A DNA stretch of 33,084 nt from Desulfatiglandales bacterium (GTDB lineage Bacteria > Desulfobacterota > DSM-4660 > Desulfatiglandales > HGW-15), in contig JAWOJI010000077.1 in assembly GCA_046481735.1 (NCBI GenBank), positions 1 through 33,084 of the forward strand, given 5' to 3'. This document shows, piece by piece, positions 24,263-33,084 of this stretch. The position numbers were made by a program, and so were the translations under genes. The notes under the pieces are model-generated. The model made no database searches, was not told the DNA's origin, and saw nothing but the letters and a program-made list of their open reading frames with translations. The stretch's first letter is position 1, and each line of letters opens with the position of its first letter.

Positions 24263-25534
24263 TCATCGAAAATGTCCCTTAGGGACAACGACGATCCCCC
24301 GGGGCGTGACCGTAAAATGCTTGCGGTCCTCGTTGGGGTTATAGCCGATCTCGGTGTGGGGAGGAATGTTGTTGTTCTTGTCAATGATGGCCTTCTTGAT
24401 TCTGCAATCCCGACCGATCACCACGTCGTCGCAAACGACGGACTCGTCTACGGTGGCCCAGCTCCTCACCACGATGTTGTATGACAGGACTGAATTGCGG
24501 ACAATACCGCTGATGATGCATCCGGGCGCCACGAGGGAGTCGAGCGCTTTACCCACACGGAATCCTTCGTGCCGCTCGTTGTTGAAAATGAACTTGGCAG
24601 GGGGCGCGAGAACCTGCCGGGTGTGAATGGGCCATTTCGTGCCGTACAGATTGAAGTAGGGGTCTACGCCGGTCAGGTCCATGTTCGCATTCCAGTAAGC
24701 GTCCAGAGTCCCCACGTCTCGCCAGTAAGAGGAGTCTCTCACCCTCGGCTCCAGCCGAAACTCCCGCTGCCCGTCATCGGTCGTGAAATAGATATAGTCC
24801 CTAATCTGGTTGAAGCGGACGTAAGGGTATGCGAAAACCCGGTGGGAGGTGAGCATGTTGGGAATAATGTCACGCCCGAAGTCGTCCTCGTCTCCGCCTT
24901 TCAGCAATTCAAGGAGCGTCTCGGTTTTGAACACGTAAATACCCATGGATGCGAGGACATGGTTGGGGTCTCCGGGTATCGTTTGCACCTTCTCCTTGGG
25001 TTTTTCCCGGAAAGCCACGATTCGGAAATCGCTGTCCGCTTCGGCGATGCCGAATTGACCGGCGAGATCCTTGTCCACCTCGAGGAGGGAGACCGTGAGA
25101 TCCGCCCCCCTTTCCTGATGGTATTGAATGAAAAGACCGTAATCCATCTTGTAGATATGATCCCCGGAGAGAATCAGCACGGTCTCAGGCTTGTGACGCT
25201 CGATGAGGTAATGGTTCTGGCGAATGCAGTCGGCTGTCCCTCTATACCAGTCAAGGCCTACGCGCTGCTGAGGAGGGACGACTTTAAGAAAATGACCGAT
25301 CTTCGGACTGAAGATATTCCACCCTTCTTCGAGATGGTCATTCAGCGATTGGGACTTGTATTGGGGGAGCACGATGATCTTGTATATTTGGGAGTTGACA
25401 CAGTTGCTCAGGGTGAAATCGATGAGGCGGTAGATTCCCCCAAATGGGACCGCAGGCTTGCTTCGGTCCTGAGTCAGAGGCATGAGCCTTTCACCCCGTC
25501 CGCCGGCCATGACAAAAGCGAGGGTGTTTCTCAT
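24263..25534 (-). CDS. glgC: Glucose-1-phosphate adenylyltransferase
   Basis: The start is set at MRNTLAFVMAGGRGERL. PAVPFGG and WYRGTADC are present, with left-handed beta-helix repeats at the C-terminus. Confidence 0.93.
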   Translation of the reverse strand: MRNTLAFVMAGGRGERLMPLTQDRSKPAVPFGGIYRLIDFTLSNCVNSQIYKIIVLPQYKSQSLNDHLEEGWNIFSPKIGHFLKVVPPQQRVGLDWYRGTADCIRQNHYLIERHKPETVLILSGDHIYKMDYGLFIQYHQERGADLTVSLLEVDKDLAGQFGIAEADSDFRIVAFREKPKEKVQTIPGDPNHVLASMGIYVFKTETLLELLKGGDEDDFGRDIIPNMLTSHRVFAYPYVRFNQIRDYIYFTTDDGQREFRLEPRVRDSSYWRDVGTLDAYWNANMDLTGVDPYFNLYGTKWPIHTRQVLAPPAKFIFNNERHEGFRVGKALDSLVAPGCIISGIVRNSVLSYNIVVRSWATVDESVVCDDVVIGRDCRIKKAIIDKNNNIPPHTEIGYNPNEDRKHFTVTPRGIVVVPKGHFR

Positions 25535-25649
25535 GATATCTCCACAAAAAAGAAGGTAGAGCCTTGTCTCAAAAATTCTATCTACAACATAGCGATTCAA
25601 TCATAGAAATGAACGGTCGAAAGGTCAAGGGGAGCCTAAAACTCGCGCC

Positions 25650-25680
25650 CTCTGTGCTGCAGACAGAGCCTCGTGCGAGG
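25650..25680 (-). terminator. Two adjacent hairpins after the tamB stop (possible terminator)
   Basis: On the minus strand: CCTCG-CA-CGAGG, then CTCTGT-N7-ACAGAG, followed by GGCGCGAGTTTT. Confidence 0.35.
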
Positions 25681-25690
25681 TGCGCTCCCA

Positions 25691-28600
25691 TCAGTAGTCC
25701 CACTTCCAGCGGATCCCTGCACCGGCCTCGGCGTTGATTCCAACTTCGGTCTGCACGGTGATGTTCGGGGTGATTTCCCACTGCAGAGAAGCCCTGCCTG
25801 ATTCCGGTCCCAGCCCTTGTTCCACTTCGATGTATACGTTTTCCGCAAGGTATTTGCCTGCCCTGAGGGCGGCTTCATCCATTTCAACTCCGAGGTCCCG
25901 GATTTCCAGCAGATCGAGTCCGAGCATTCTGCGGGTGTGATCCATCAAGTCAAAACCTCTTCGGCCCGCAAGCACATCCAGGGCGTGGGCCAGCTGAAGG
26001 GCTTGCAACGGCGTGATCTGAGTCACGGACCGCCCGAAAAGGAGGCGAGAAAGGACTTCATCGTCGGGCAGAGAGGGCTGTGAGGTCAGGCGAAGATCAG
26101 GGGAGTCCACTTTTCCCGAAAGCTCAAGGAAGGCCGTCATCTCCCTTGTGCTGGACTCGGCAGTGATACTCAGGACCGGAGAAGGGGGTGCGTCGCCCAG
26201 GAAAGAAACCACTCCGCGAGTCAAGTTGAAGCGTTTCCCGAGAAAATTGAAGTGGCCCCGAACCACGGAAAGCTCCCCTGAAATAGAGGGATTGCCGACA
26301 GGCCCCTGAACCTCCAGTCTTCCCTGCCATTCGGAGTCGAGCCCCCGGCCTGAAAGATGTGCACGGCCGGGAATGACGACAGTGACCCGCATTTCCGCAA
26401 AGGAGTCCCCGGGAGGTTTTCTTGTTTCAGGGGCAGGCGTTTCTGTTTCCTCCTCATGGATTTCTATGATTTCAAGATATGCGATTTCCGGGGGAAGTCG
26501 ACTGGGTATTCGGACCTCAAGAGGGTAAAGGGCCACTTCTCCTGAGAGCAGTGCTCCTTTTCGGGTTCCTGCGAATACAAGATCTCCCCGCGCTGTGGCC
26601 GTGAAAGAATCATGCCTGATGAGTACGGCGTCTCTCAAGGCGATGTCAACCTGAAAGGGGAAATCCTCTGCAGGGGAAAAAGCAAACCACCCGTTCACCG
26701 TGATCGAGCCTTTTTCTCCGTCCGTTGCGCCGGCGTCCTGAATCACCAGTCGCCCATTTTCCGCCGCCAGAAGAAGGGTAACTTCCTTGAGAATGGTTCC
26801 GGTCCTGAAATTCTCGTAAGCCCCTTCGCTCAAGCGAAGCATGCCCGTCACCCGGGGGCTTTCCACAGTGCCTAAAACCCTGAGAGTTGCTTCCGCCCGC
26901 CCTGCGAGTGCTTGGTCGTGCAACCCAAGGAGGGCCGCCACGTGTGGCAGGGGAACTTCACCATTAAGATCGATCTTCATCGCGCCCTGGGAATCCATAG
27001 CAACAGTAAGGGGCGCAAAGGAAAGATAGAGAGGGAACTCTGCGGATGCCCTCAAAGGGTCCGGTGTTAGTCCACGGAATGCCAGGTTGGCTTTCAGCCT
27101 TTGATCGGAAAAAGAGCCTTTCAGATCAAGAGACGTCTCAGGGAGGTCCTGGAATTGGGCTTCTTCCAGCCCAAGCCCTACGGCAAAAAGCTCAAAGGCG
27201 GCCTTCGGCCTCTCCGGATGCCCTTCAATCAGCAGGCTTCCCGAGGCTTTGCCTTTGAGGCCGGGAGCCCCGGCCAGCCTTGCCACCTCCAAAGGCAGGT
27301 CTTCGAAATGGAGATGGAAATCCACATGGCTTGAAATATAGGTCCCTGACCCCCTAAGGCTGCCCGCGCCAACGGCAAAAGCACTCTCTTCCAGGCGCAA
27401 CGCTCCTCTTTCGTGAATGACGGAGGTAGGGTCAAGCAGTGCAAGGGACAGGGTGGCAGGCGCCGGACCGTAACGGGCTTGGAAACGCTCCAGGAAAAGC
27501 CTTTGAACATTATTCGAGAGGGTGAAAGTCCCGGAGCTTGTCGCTTCAAAATTCTCGCCGTAATGACCGCTCACATCGAGTTGAAAACTTGCTCTGTCCA
27601 TGAGTCCTTTGCCCTTGAAGGCAAGAGAGGATATGGTCAGTTCCGAGATCCGCGCCTCTCTGATCTCCAGGTTCAGAAACCCGTCCATGTGAGCCATTGT
27701 TCCTTCTATACGGCTTTTAATCTGCAGATCTCGAGCTTCGGCAAACGGCCAGGCAAGGGAGCCTGCCTCAAGGGAAAAAGCAAGATGCTGGTCCTCTCCC
27801 CCAATCCGGAAGGTTGCCTCGATTTTGGCGCTTCCCCGGATTTCCTGCCCCAGCAAGGAAAGAAGCGAAGAAAGCTCAGACACGTTTCCCCGCATCTCTC
27901 CCTGGACTTCGGATGTTTCAAGGTCAAGGGTCGCCTTTCCTGCCAGGGAGCTTTCAAGTCCGGCAACTGAGATTTCAGACAGGTGCAGGAGAGGGCCTTC
28001 GAGCGAAAAATCACTCTCCATCTTTATCCGATTTTCTCCTTGAAAGACCTCCAGAAAGAAATCACCGTTCTGCATGGAGGGAGTGTAGATCGTTTCAAGG
28101 CCGGCCTCGACTCCTTCCAAAAGTACCCCTCCCACCTCGAGATGTTTTGCGTCGGCCTTGGCAGATATTCTGAAAGAGGAAAGAGGGCCTTCTATGTCGC
28201 CGGACCACCCGAATGAACCTTTTGGGGAGAGGTTCGGGATGGAAAAGAAAAGGGCCGGGTCTGGAAGAAGGGTGCTCCAGGACGCAACGAGGGATTGCCG
28301 GTCAAAGTCAAAAGATCCCTGTGCCTCCAAGGAAGCCCCGGAAGCCTCCAACCAAAAGCGGGAGACCGTGAGAACACCAGGCTGATCGTAAGAGATGCCG
28401 GCTCCATAGACCACCGCTTCTTGAGGCAGGATAAAGCCGGGCAGGTGTCCCCCTAAAAGTTTGCTCCTTGCCTCAAATTGGGCTCTTACGGAAAGCGTCC
28501 CGGCATCTCCCTGAACGGAAGCATCGAGAACGGTGGGCCCCAGCCATGGCAGGTCCAGCCCAGTCATTCTGAGGAGCCTTTCGGGAGTATCCGATTGAAA

Positions 28601-30070
28601 GGAAAGCTCCATATCCCCAATCCGTCCGAAAGGGTTGATGCTGCCGGAGAGTTGAAGCGAATTCCCTTCGCTCGTGAGGAGGAAATGGGAGACATGGATG
28701 CGGCTTTCTTCAATTCCGTAGGAAGAAAGCTCCCAAGTCAGGTTTTGTGCCGGGAAATTGTCGGGGTGTTCTATCGCGAGGCCTCCTATCGCGCCCCTGC
28801 CGGCAATTTTGAAGCGAGGCAACCGTGAGCCCAGGTTTTCAAGAAGGTCCAGTTGAAAAATAGCGTCTGCACTCGACACTCCGGCGCCGTTCAAGGATGC
28901 ATCGGCCATCTCGATGTGAACCTCGGTCCGGGGCCGCAAGAGGGGGCCGGAGAAGTGTCCCTCGACTTTCGTGGAGCCCCGAAGGTCTGCTTTGACAAGG
29001 GAACGCAGAGATTCCAGATCTCTTATCAAAATCTTATACCGTCCCTCCAACTCCTGCTTTTCCGCATGAAAAGCCGCTTTAATCTCGAGGTCCAGGCCGT
29101 TGCCTTCCAGACCGAGGTGATCGAGCATCCATATCCCTCTTTCGGGAATTCGGATCGCCAGGCTGAAAGGCAGTTCCTCATCGATTTGGGGGAACGGTTC
29201 AGGAAAAAGCGTCGGATCCAGCCGGACCTTTCCTTTGGCGAGAACCTGCAACTCTTCTTCCATCTTCAAGAAGACCTGAGACTGGATCGAGCCTATTCCG
29301 CCCGCCTGCGCTCGCAATACAGCCTCTACATCCCGGGCAGGTCCATCCCCTTCAAGGGAAAATACCAAGGGTCCTTCAACCCCTAGGAGTCCGGCAACCA
29401 AGCCGCCCCGGGTTTCCTCGAACCGGGCGTCCAGAGCAAATGTATCTTCGCGAAGCCTGTAGAGCCCACGGATCCTGAGGCTTGCTCCCTCTCCGTTCAA
29501 TGTATCCAGGCGGATCAAGGTTTCTTTTTCACCGGTGGGCGATGTTTCTCCGATCTTCGCTTCCAGTGTAAAAACGGCGGGTTCACCCAACAGCTCTTGC
29601 CCCAAGAAGATTCTTTCCACCTCAAGTCGCCCCAACTGCAGTCGGAGAAGCGCTCCCGGCCACTCGGGCCGGCTTGGCGCCTTGACGGGAACTTCTTCTC
29701 CCTCCAGGGGCATGCGGGTGAGTTTCACGCTCCGAGCGGCCAACTCATGGATGGAAAAACTTCCTCTGAGGAGGGCGAAAGGGGACCATCGCATCCTGAT
29801 CCCCTCCACCTCAAGCCACGGCCCGCGCTCGTCCATGATGGAAAAGCTGTGCAGTTGAAAGTCGAAAGGAATCCGTCCGGAGAGGCTTCCGATCTGCACC
29901 TTCCTTGTTTCGTCTTTGCTCAGGGATCCGGTGATGAGTTTGGCCAAAGTGCTTCTGCCTGCATCCGTCTGGAAAAAGGCAAACAACGCGGCGATCGACG
30001 CAAGCAGCGCCACGATAAGGACGCCGACGGTCTTGGCGGCTTTTAGAAAGACTTTTTTCCCGTTCATCAT
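25691..30070 (-). CDS. tamB: Translocation and assembly module protein TamB (AsmA-like, C-terminal DUF490)
   Basis: About 1459 aa from ATGATG at 30070, with an N-terminal signal-anchor. The C-terminal TamB signature is present (LTSQPSLPDDEVLSRLLFG ... AGKYL..NVYIEV ... ends WKWDY). It follows tamA directly. Confidence 0.88.
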   Translation of the reverse strand: MMNGKKVFLKAAKTVGVLIVALLASIAALFAFFQTDAGRSTLAKLITGSLSKDETRKVQIGSLSGRIPFDFQLHSFSIMDERGPWLEVEGIRMRWSPFALLRGSFSIHELAARSVKLTRMPLEGEEVPVKAPSRPEWPGALLRLQLGRLEVERIFLGQELLGEPAVFTLEAKIGETSPTGEKETLIRLDTLNGEGASLRIRGLYRLREDTFALDARFEETRGGLVAGLLGVEGPLVFSLEGDGPARDVEAVLRAQAGGIGSIQSQVFLKMEEELQVLAKGKVRLDPTLFPEPFPQIDEELPFSLAIRIPERGIWMLDHLGLEGNGLDLEIKAAFHAEKQELEGRYKILIRDLESLRSLVKADLRGSTKVEGHFSGPLLRPRTEVHIEMADASLNGAGVSSADAIFQLDLLENLGSRLPRFKIAGRGAIGGLAIEHPDNFPAQNLTWELSSYGIEESRIHVSHFLLTSEGNSLQLSGSINPFGRIGDMELSFQSDTPERLLRMTGLDLPWLGPTVLDASVQGDAGTLSVRAQFEARSKLLGGHLPGFILPQEAVVYGAGISYDQPGVLTVSRFWLEASGASLEAQGSFDFDRQSLVASWSTLLPDPALFFSIPNLSPKGSFGWSGDIEGPLSSFRISAKADAKHLEVGGVLLEGVEAGLETIYTPSMQNGDFFLEVFQGENRIKMESDFSLEGPLLHLSEISVAGLESSLAGKATLDLETSEVQGEMRGNVSELSSLLSLLGQEIRGSAKIEATFRIGGEDQHLAFSLEAGSLAWPFAEARDLQIKSRIEGTMAHMDGFLNLEIREARISELTISSLAFKGKGLMDRASFQLDVSGHYGENFEATSSGTFTLSNNVQRLFLERFQARYGPAPATLSLALLDPTSVIHERGALRLEESAFAVGAGSLRGSGTYISSHVDFHLHFEDLPLEVARLAGAPGLKGKASGSLLIEGHPERPKAAFELFAVGLGLEEAQFQDLPETSLDLKGSFSDQRLKANLAFRGLTPDPLRASAEFPLYLSFAPLTVAMDSQGAMKIDLNGEVPLPHVAALLGLHDQALAGRAEATLRVLGTVESPRVTGMLRLSEGAYENFRTGTILKEVTLLLAAENGRLVIQDAGATDGEKGSITVNGWFAFSPAEDFPFQVDIALRDAVLIRHDSFTATARGDLVFAGTRKGALLSGEVALYPLEVRIPSRLPPEIAYLEIIEIHEEETETPAPETRKPPGDSFAEMRVTVVIPGRAHLSGRGLDSEWQGRLEVQGPVGNPSISGELSVVRGHFNFLGKRFNLTRGVVSFLGDAPPSPVLSITAESSTREMTAFLELSGKVDSPDLRLTSQPSLPDDEVLSRLLFGRSVTQITPLQALQLAHALDVLAGRRGFDLMDHTRRMLGLDLLEIRDLGVEMDEAALRAGKYLAENVYIEVEQGLGPESGRASLQWEITPNITVQTEVGINAEAGAGIRWKWDY

Positions 30071-30165
30071 ACAAACTAAGTTATCCCCGTTCGGGTTCTT
30101 GGGCAAGGGCAAGAAATGGATTTGTCCTGACGCTTCAGGTCTGCGGGCGGGTGATTTTCAGCAAC

Positions 30166-32007
30166 CTAGAAAGCCTGTCCTAAGCTGACGTATATCTGGA
30201 TCCTGTCGTCGATTTCGGGTCTGCGATTCAGTGGAAAGGCCACATCGAGGCGCAAGGGTCCTACGGGAGTGAAATAACGGAATCCAAGACCGGTCCCCCA
30301 GCGCAGGGTTTCGGCAAAATCCGGAAACCTGGCTTCATAGGCGTTGCCGCCGTCCAGGAACGCCACAAGCCCCAGCCGTTCCGTGAACTTCAGCCTTGCT
30401 TCAACGGCTGCTTCCAAGAGGGACCTGCCCCCCACGGGCGCTCCGTCCCTGAAAGGGCCGACAGACTGGAAGGCGTAACCCCGGATAGACCCCCCGCCCC
30501 CTGCATAGAACCGTTCGTCGGCAGGGATTTCGTCTCTTTCCGCCCCTGTTATCGAGCCAATTGAAAGGGCCGTGGCAAGGACCAGAGGATATGCGGAAAA
30601 GGGCTTCAAGTAGTGACGGTAACGGATGCGGCTCTTGACAAACTTCGGGTCCTTCCCCGATGGGTCGTAAAAAGGCACAAGATAAAGACCGAATCTGCCG
30701 CCCCTGGAAGGATCGAGCAAATCATCGCTCCTGTCCCATTCCACATCGAGCGGTAGAAAGAAGTAAGAGAAACTCTCCGTGACGCCCAACTGCTCCACCC
30801 GCGAAGTCCTGTAGCCCACTCCGGCGCTGACCCTCAACTGCTCCGTCAAATGCCGGGCGACGGAGGCGGAAGCGGTTGCATTGCGGCTTGTGTATGGATC
30901 GGGCCGATCCTCGGCAACACGCAGGAGAAGGCGCAGGGACTGGTCCCGGCGGAAAAAAAAAGGCTTGAAAAAGACGGATTCTGCGGAGGCGGTAAAACTG
31001 GAGGCTGTCCCTGACAGGGTGAGTCTTTCGCCTTCACGGAAGAGATTCCGATGTTCCCACAGAACCGTGGCGCCGGGCCCTTCATCTGTTTTATAACTTA
31101 CGCCTGCGCCTATGGATCGATGTTTTCGCTCCGTTACGGAAATGACCAAAGGCAGTCGGCCCTTTTCATCAAGTTCAGCATCCCTGAGCACCCTCACCGA
31201 GGAGAAAAGGCCCAGGCGGATAAGACCCATCTGGAGCGCTTCAACCTTTTCGACATCAAAAAGCTCTCCCTCCTTCCAAGGGATAACCCGCCGGACCACA
31301 GATTCCTCAACGGACTCAAGGCCCATGATTTTTACGTCGCCGAAAGGCGCCCGAAGGCCCGGGTCGATAAACAACTCCAGGGCCACCGATGGTTCCCGGT
31401 GATCCACGATGATCTTTCGATCATCGAGCCTGGGGAAGGGAAACCCCTGTTGTTCAAAGGTGCGCACAAGCGTCTTTTCGGCATCGATGAGCGTGGAGGC
31501 GCTGAAAGGCCTGCCCGGGCTCAACCCGATCTTTTCGGGTGAGGGGATCAGGTGAGGATGGACTTCTTCTTCTCCTGTAATGCGAATCTGTATGGAAGAG
31601 ACGGCATATGCAGGTCCCGGATCAACGCTGAAAATGAGCTCCAGGGGCTCCACGTCTTCCCTCAACGCGATCTTCACTCCGGCCCCGAAGTACCCACGAC
31701 TGTGAAGAAGACGGGTGAAACGGTCCCTGTCCCTTTCCGCCCTCGCGCGAAGCAGGCCGAGGCTTGGTGGAGGTCTGTCGATCAAAGCGAGGCTGTCCGA
31801 AACATCCTTCAGATTTGCGAGGAGCGCCGAATCCTCGATTCCCGTGATTTTCACGGCATAAGGGACGGCAGGATCCGCACTCGCAAGGTCAACAGCAATA
31901 GAAAAAAACAAAAGAACTGAAAGAAAGAGCGTCAAAGCAAAGACCAAGAGAAGGCTTTCTGCATGGGTCTCCGTTTTTATCAGATAAGATTTTCGTGAAG
32001 TCAACAT
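30166..32007 (-). CDS. tamA: Omp85-family outer membrane protein TamA (POTRA domains plus surface-antigen beta-barrel)
   Basis: 613 aa with a signal peptide and a C-terminal barrel with ERFYAGGGGSIRGY, ending in an aromatic terminus (..LGQAF). It is paired with tamB. Confidence 0.85.
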   Translation of the reverse strand: MLTSRKSYLIKTETHAESLLLVFALTLFLSVLLFFSIAVDLASADPAVPYAVKITGIEDSALLANLKDVSDSLALIDRPPPSLGLLRARAERDRDRFTRLLHSRGYFGAGVKIALREDVEPLELIFSVDPGPAYAVSSIQIRITGEEEVHPHLIPSPEKIGLSPGRPFSASTLIDAEKTLVRTFEQQGFPFPRLDDRKIIVDHREPSVALELFIDPGLRAPFGDVKIMGLESVEESVVRRVIPWKEGELFDVEKVEALQMGLIRLGLFSSVRVLRDAELDEKGRLPLVISVTERKHRSIGAGVSYKTDEGPGATVLWEHRNLFREGERLTLSGTASSFTASAESVFFKPFFFRRDQSLRLLLRVAEDRPDPYTSRNATASASVARHLTEQLRVSAGVGYRTSRVEQLGVTESFSYFFLPLDVEWDRSDDLLDPSRGGRFGLYLVPFYDPSGKDPKFVKSRIRYRHYLKPFSAYPLVLATALSIGSITGAERDEIPADERFYAGGGGSIRGYAFQSVGPFRDGAPVGGRSLLEAAVEARLKFTERLGLVAFLDGGNAYEARFPDFAETLRWGTGLGFRYFTPVGPLRLDVAFPLNRRPEIDDRIQIYVSLGQAF

Positions 32008-32185
32008 AGGGGGCCTCGTGTCCCGGGCCGGCAGTACGGTATTTCAGGAAGTTGACGCTTCACCGCCTGTAAGTGGTCAATCTATCCCCTTCGTGCTTTA
32101 TTTTCAAAGGCTTTTCGAGTCGGCAGGTCGTTCGGGTTGATTCACATGGGCCTCCCGTGATAAGAATGAAAAAAAGGAGGGACCC

Positions 32186-33084
32186 ATGCCATACAAGACA
32201 GGCTTAAGGGCCTATACGTCCAAACGCATCGAGGAGATCGGGTCAGCGGATATTCTCGTCGGAATTCCATGCTTTAACAATGAGAAGACCATCGAGCACG
32301 TCATCCAGATGGTGACCCACGGCCTGGCAGCTCACTACCATGACAAGCGGTGCGTAATCGTTATTGCCGACGGGGGTTCCACGGATGATACACGGGAGGT
32401 GGCGAAGGAATTTCAGATCAAGCCGTGGCAGGAGAAGATCGTGTCCATTTACCGGGGACCGGGAGGCAAGGGAACCGCTTTGCGGTCCGTGTTCGAGTCG
32501 GCCAGCCGGCTCAAGATCAAGGCTCTGGCCGTGGTGGACTCGGACCTTAGGAGCATCACCCCGGATTGGGTCCAGCACTTGCTGGACCCCGTGCTGAGCA
32601 AAGGCTACCAGTTCGTTGCGCCCGTTTACCTCCGTCACAAGTACGATGGAACGATCACGAACAACATCGTTTACAACATGACCCGCGCCCTTTACGGCAA
32701 AAGGATTCGCCAGCCCATCGGCGGCGACTTCGCCCTTTCGAGAGACCTGGCAGCCTTTTATGCGGAACAGGATGTGTGGGAAACCGACGTGGCCCGCTAC
32801 GGCATAGACATCTGGATGACTACCAACGCGATCACCCAGGGGTTTCGCATTTGCCAGTCCAACCTGGGGGCCAAGATCCACGACGCCAAGGATCCGGGGC
32901 AGCACCTGGGCCCCATGTTCCGGCAGGTTCTGTGGACCATCTTCTCTCTCATGGAGCGCCACGAGACGTACTGGAAAGGGATCCGGGGAAGCGAGGCGGT
33001 AGACCTCTTCGGACACCAGGGGTATGTCGAACCCGAGCCGGTTCGGGTTGATCCGGAGGCCATGATCGAACACTTCAAAATCGG
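32186..33084 (+). CDS. GT-A fold (GT2-like) glycosyltransferase, 3'-truncated by the window end
   Basis: AGGAGG lies 5 nt before the ATG. My own translation: MPYKTGLRAYTSKRIEEIGSADILVGIPCFNNEKTIEHV...IADGGSTDDTREV...VVDSDLRSITPDWV. The frame stays open to the window end, so it is absent from the ORF track. Confidence 0.75.
   Translation, partial: MPYKTGLRAYTSKRIEEIGSADILVGIPCFNNEKTIEHVIQMVTHGLAAHYHDKRCVIVIADGGSTDDTREVAKEFQIKPWQEKIVSIYRGPGGKGTALRSVFESASRLKIKALAVVDSDLRSITPDWVQHLLDPVLSKGYQFVAPVYLRHKYDGTITNNIVYNMTRALYGKRIRQPIGGDFALSRDLAAFYAEQDVWETDVARYGIDIWMTTNAITQGFRICQSNLGAKIHDAKDPGQHLGPMFRQVLWTIFSLMERHETYWKGIRGSEAVDLFGHQGYVEPEPVRVDPEAMIEHFKI

Noticed and set aside
32243-33073. A 276-aa minus-strand ORF listed in the track
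   Set aside because: It is the antisense shadow of the plus-strand glycosyltransferase gene, which has an AGGAGG RBS and GT-A motifs.

Overview
This is a chromosomal window from a GC-rich Gram-negative anaerobe. A Desulfobacterota/deltaproteobacterial origin is my inference from gene content only. Coding density is high and I saw no rRNA, CRISPR array, transposase or integrase. Most of it is core envelope and housekeeping content. (1) A minus-strand gene string runs kdsA-kdsC-lptC-lptA-lptB-rpoN-hpf-ptsN-EIIA(Man)-rimI-tpiA-secG-tRNA-Leu(GAG) over 15684->7615. (2) tamA-tamB, glgC and waaA lie at 22.8-32 kb. (3) pyrF, greA, an N-terminal-only PurH (IMP cyclohydrolase) and a DUF39/COG1900 homocysteine-biosynthesis-type gene are also present. 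The accessory-looking parts are more interesting. The first is a family-1 encapsulin operon whose upstream gene is a hemerythrin with a C-terminal DLGIGSLRK cargo-loading peptide (3779-5197). It sits next to tRNA-Thr(CGU), and a 38-nt structured direct repeat (3651-3688 and 6280-6317) brackets encapsulin, cargo, tRNA-Thr and a DUF1232 gene. A small islet between tRNA-Thr and tRNA-Leu holds a ~540-nt gene-free gap, a cupin and an orphan protein. A TRAP dctQ-dctM operon has no adjacent dctP but carries a PaaK-family CoA ligase, followed by a 58-aa ORF joined to it by an ATGA overlap; that ORF falls below the ORF-track cutoff. A glycosyltransferase gene at 32186 runs off the window end and is missing from the ORF track, which lists only its antisense shadow. 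Several ORF-track starts are alternative codons (GTG/TTG) shown as M, so I re-picked starts where an ATG with a Shine-Dalgarno sequence or a gene junction supported it.
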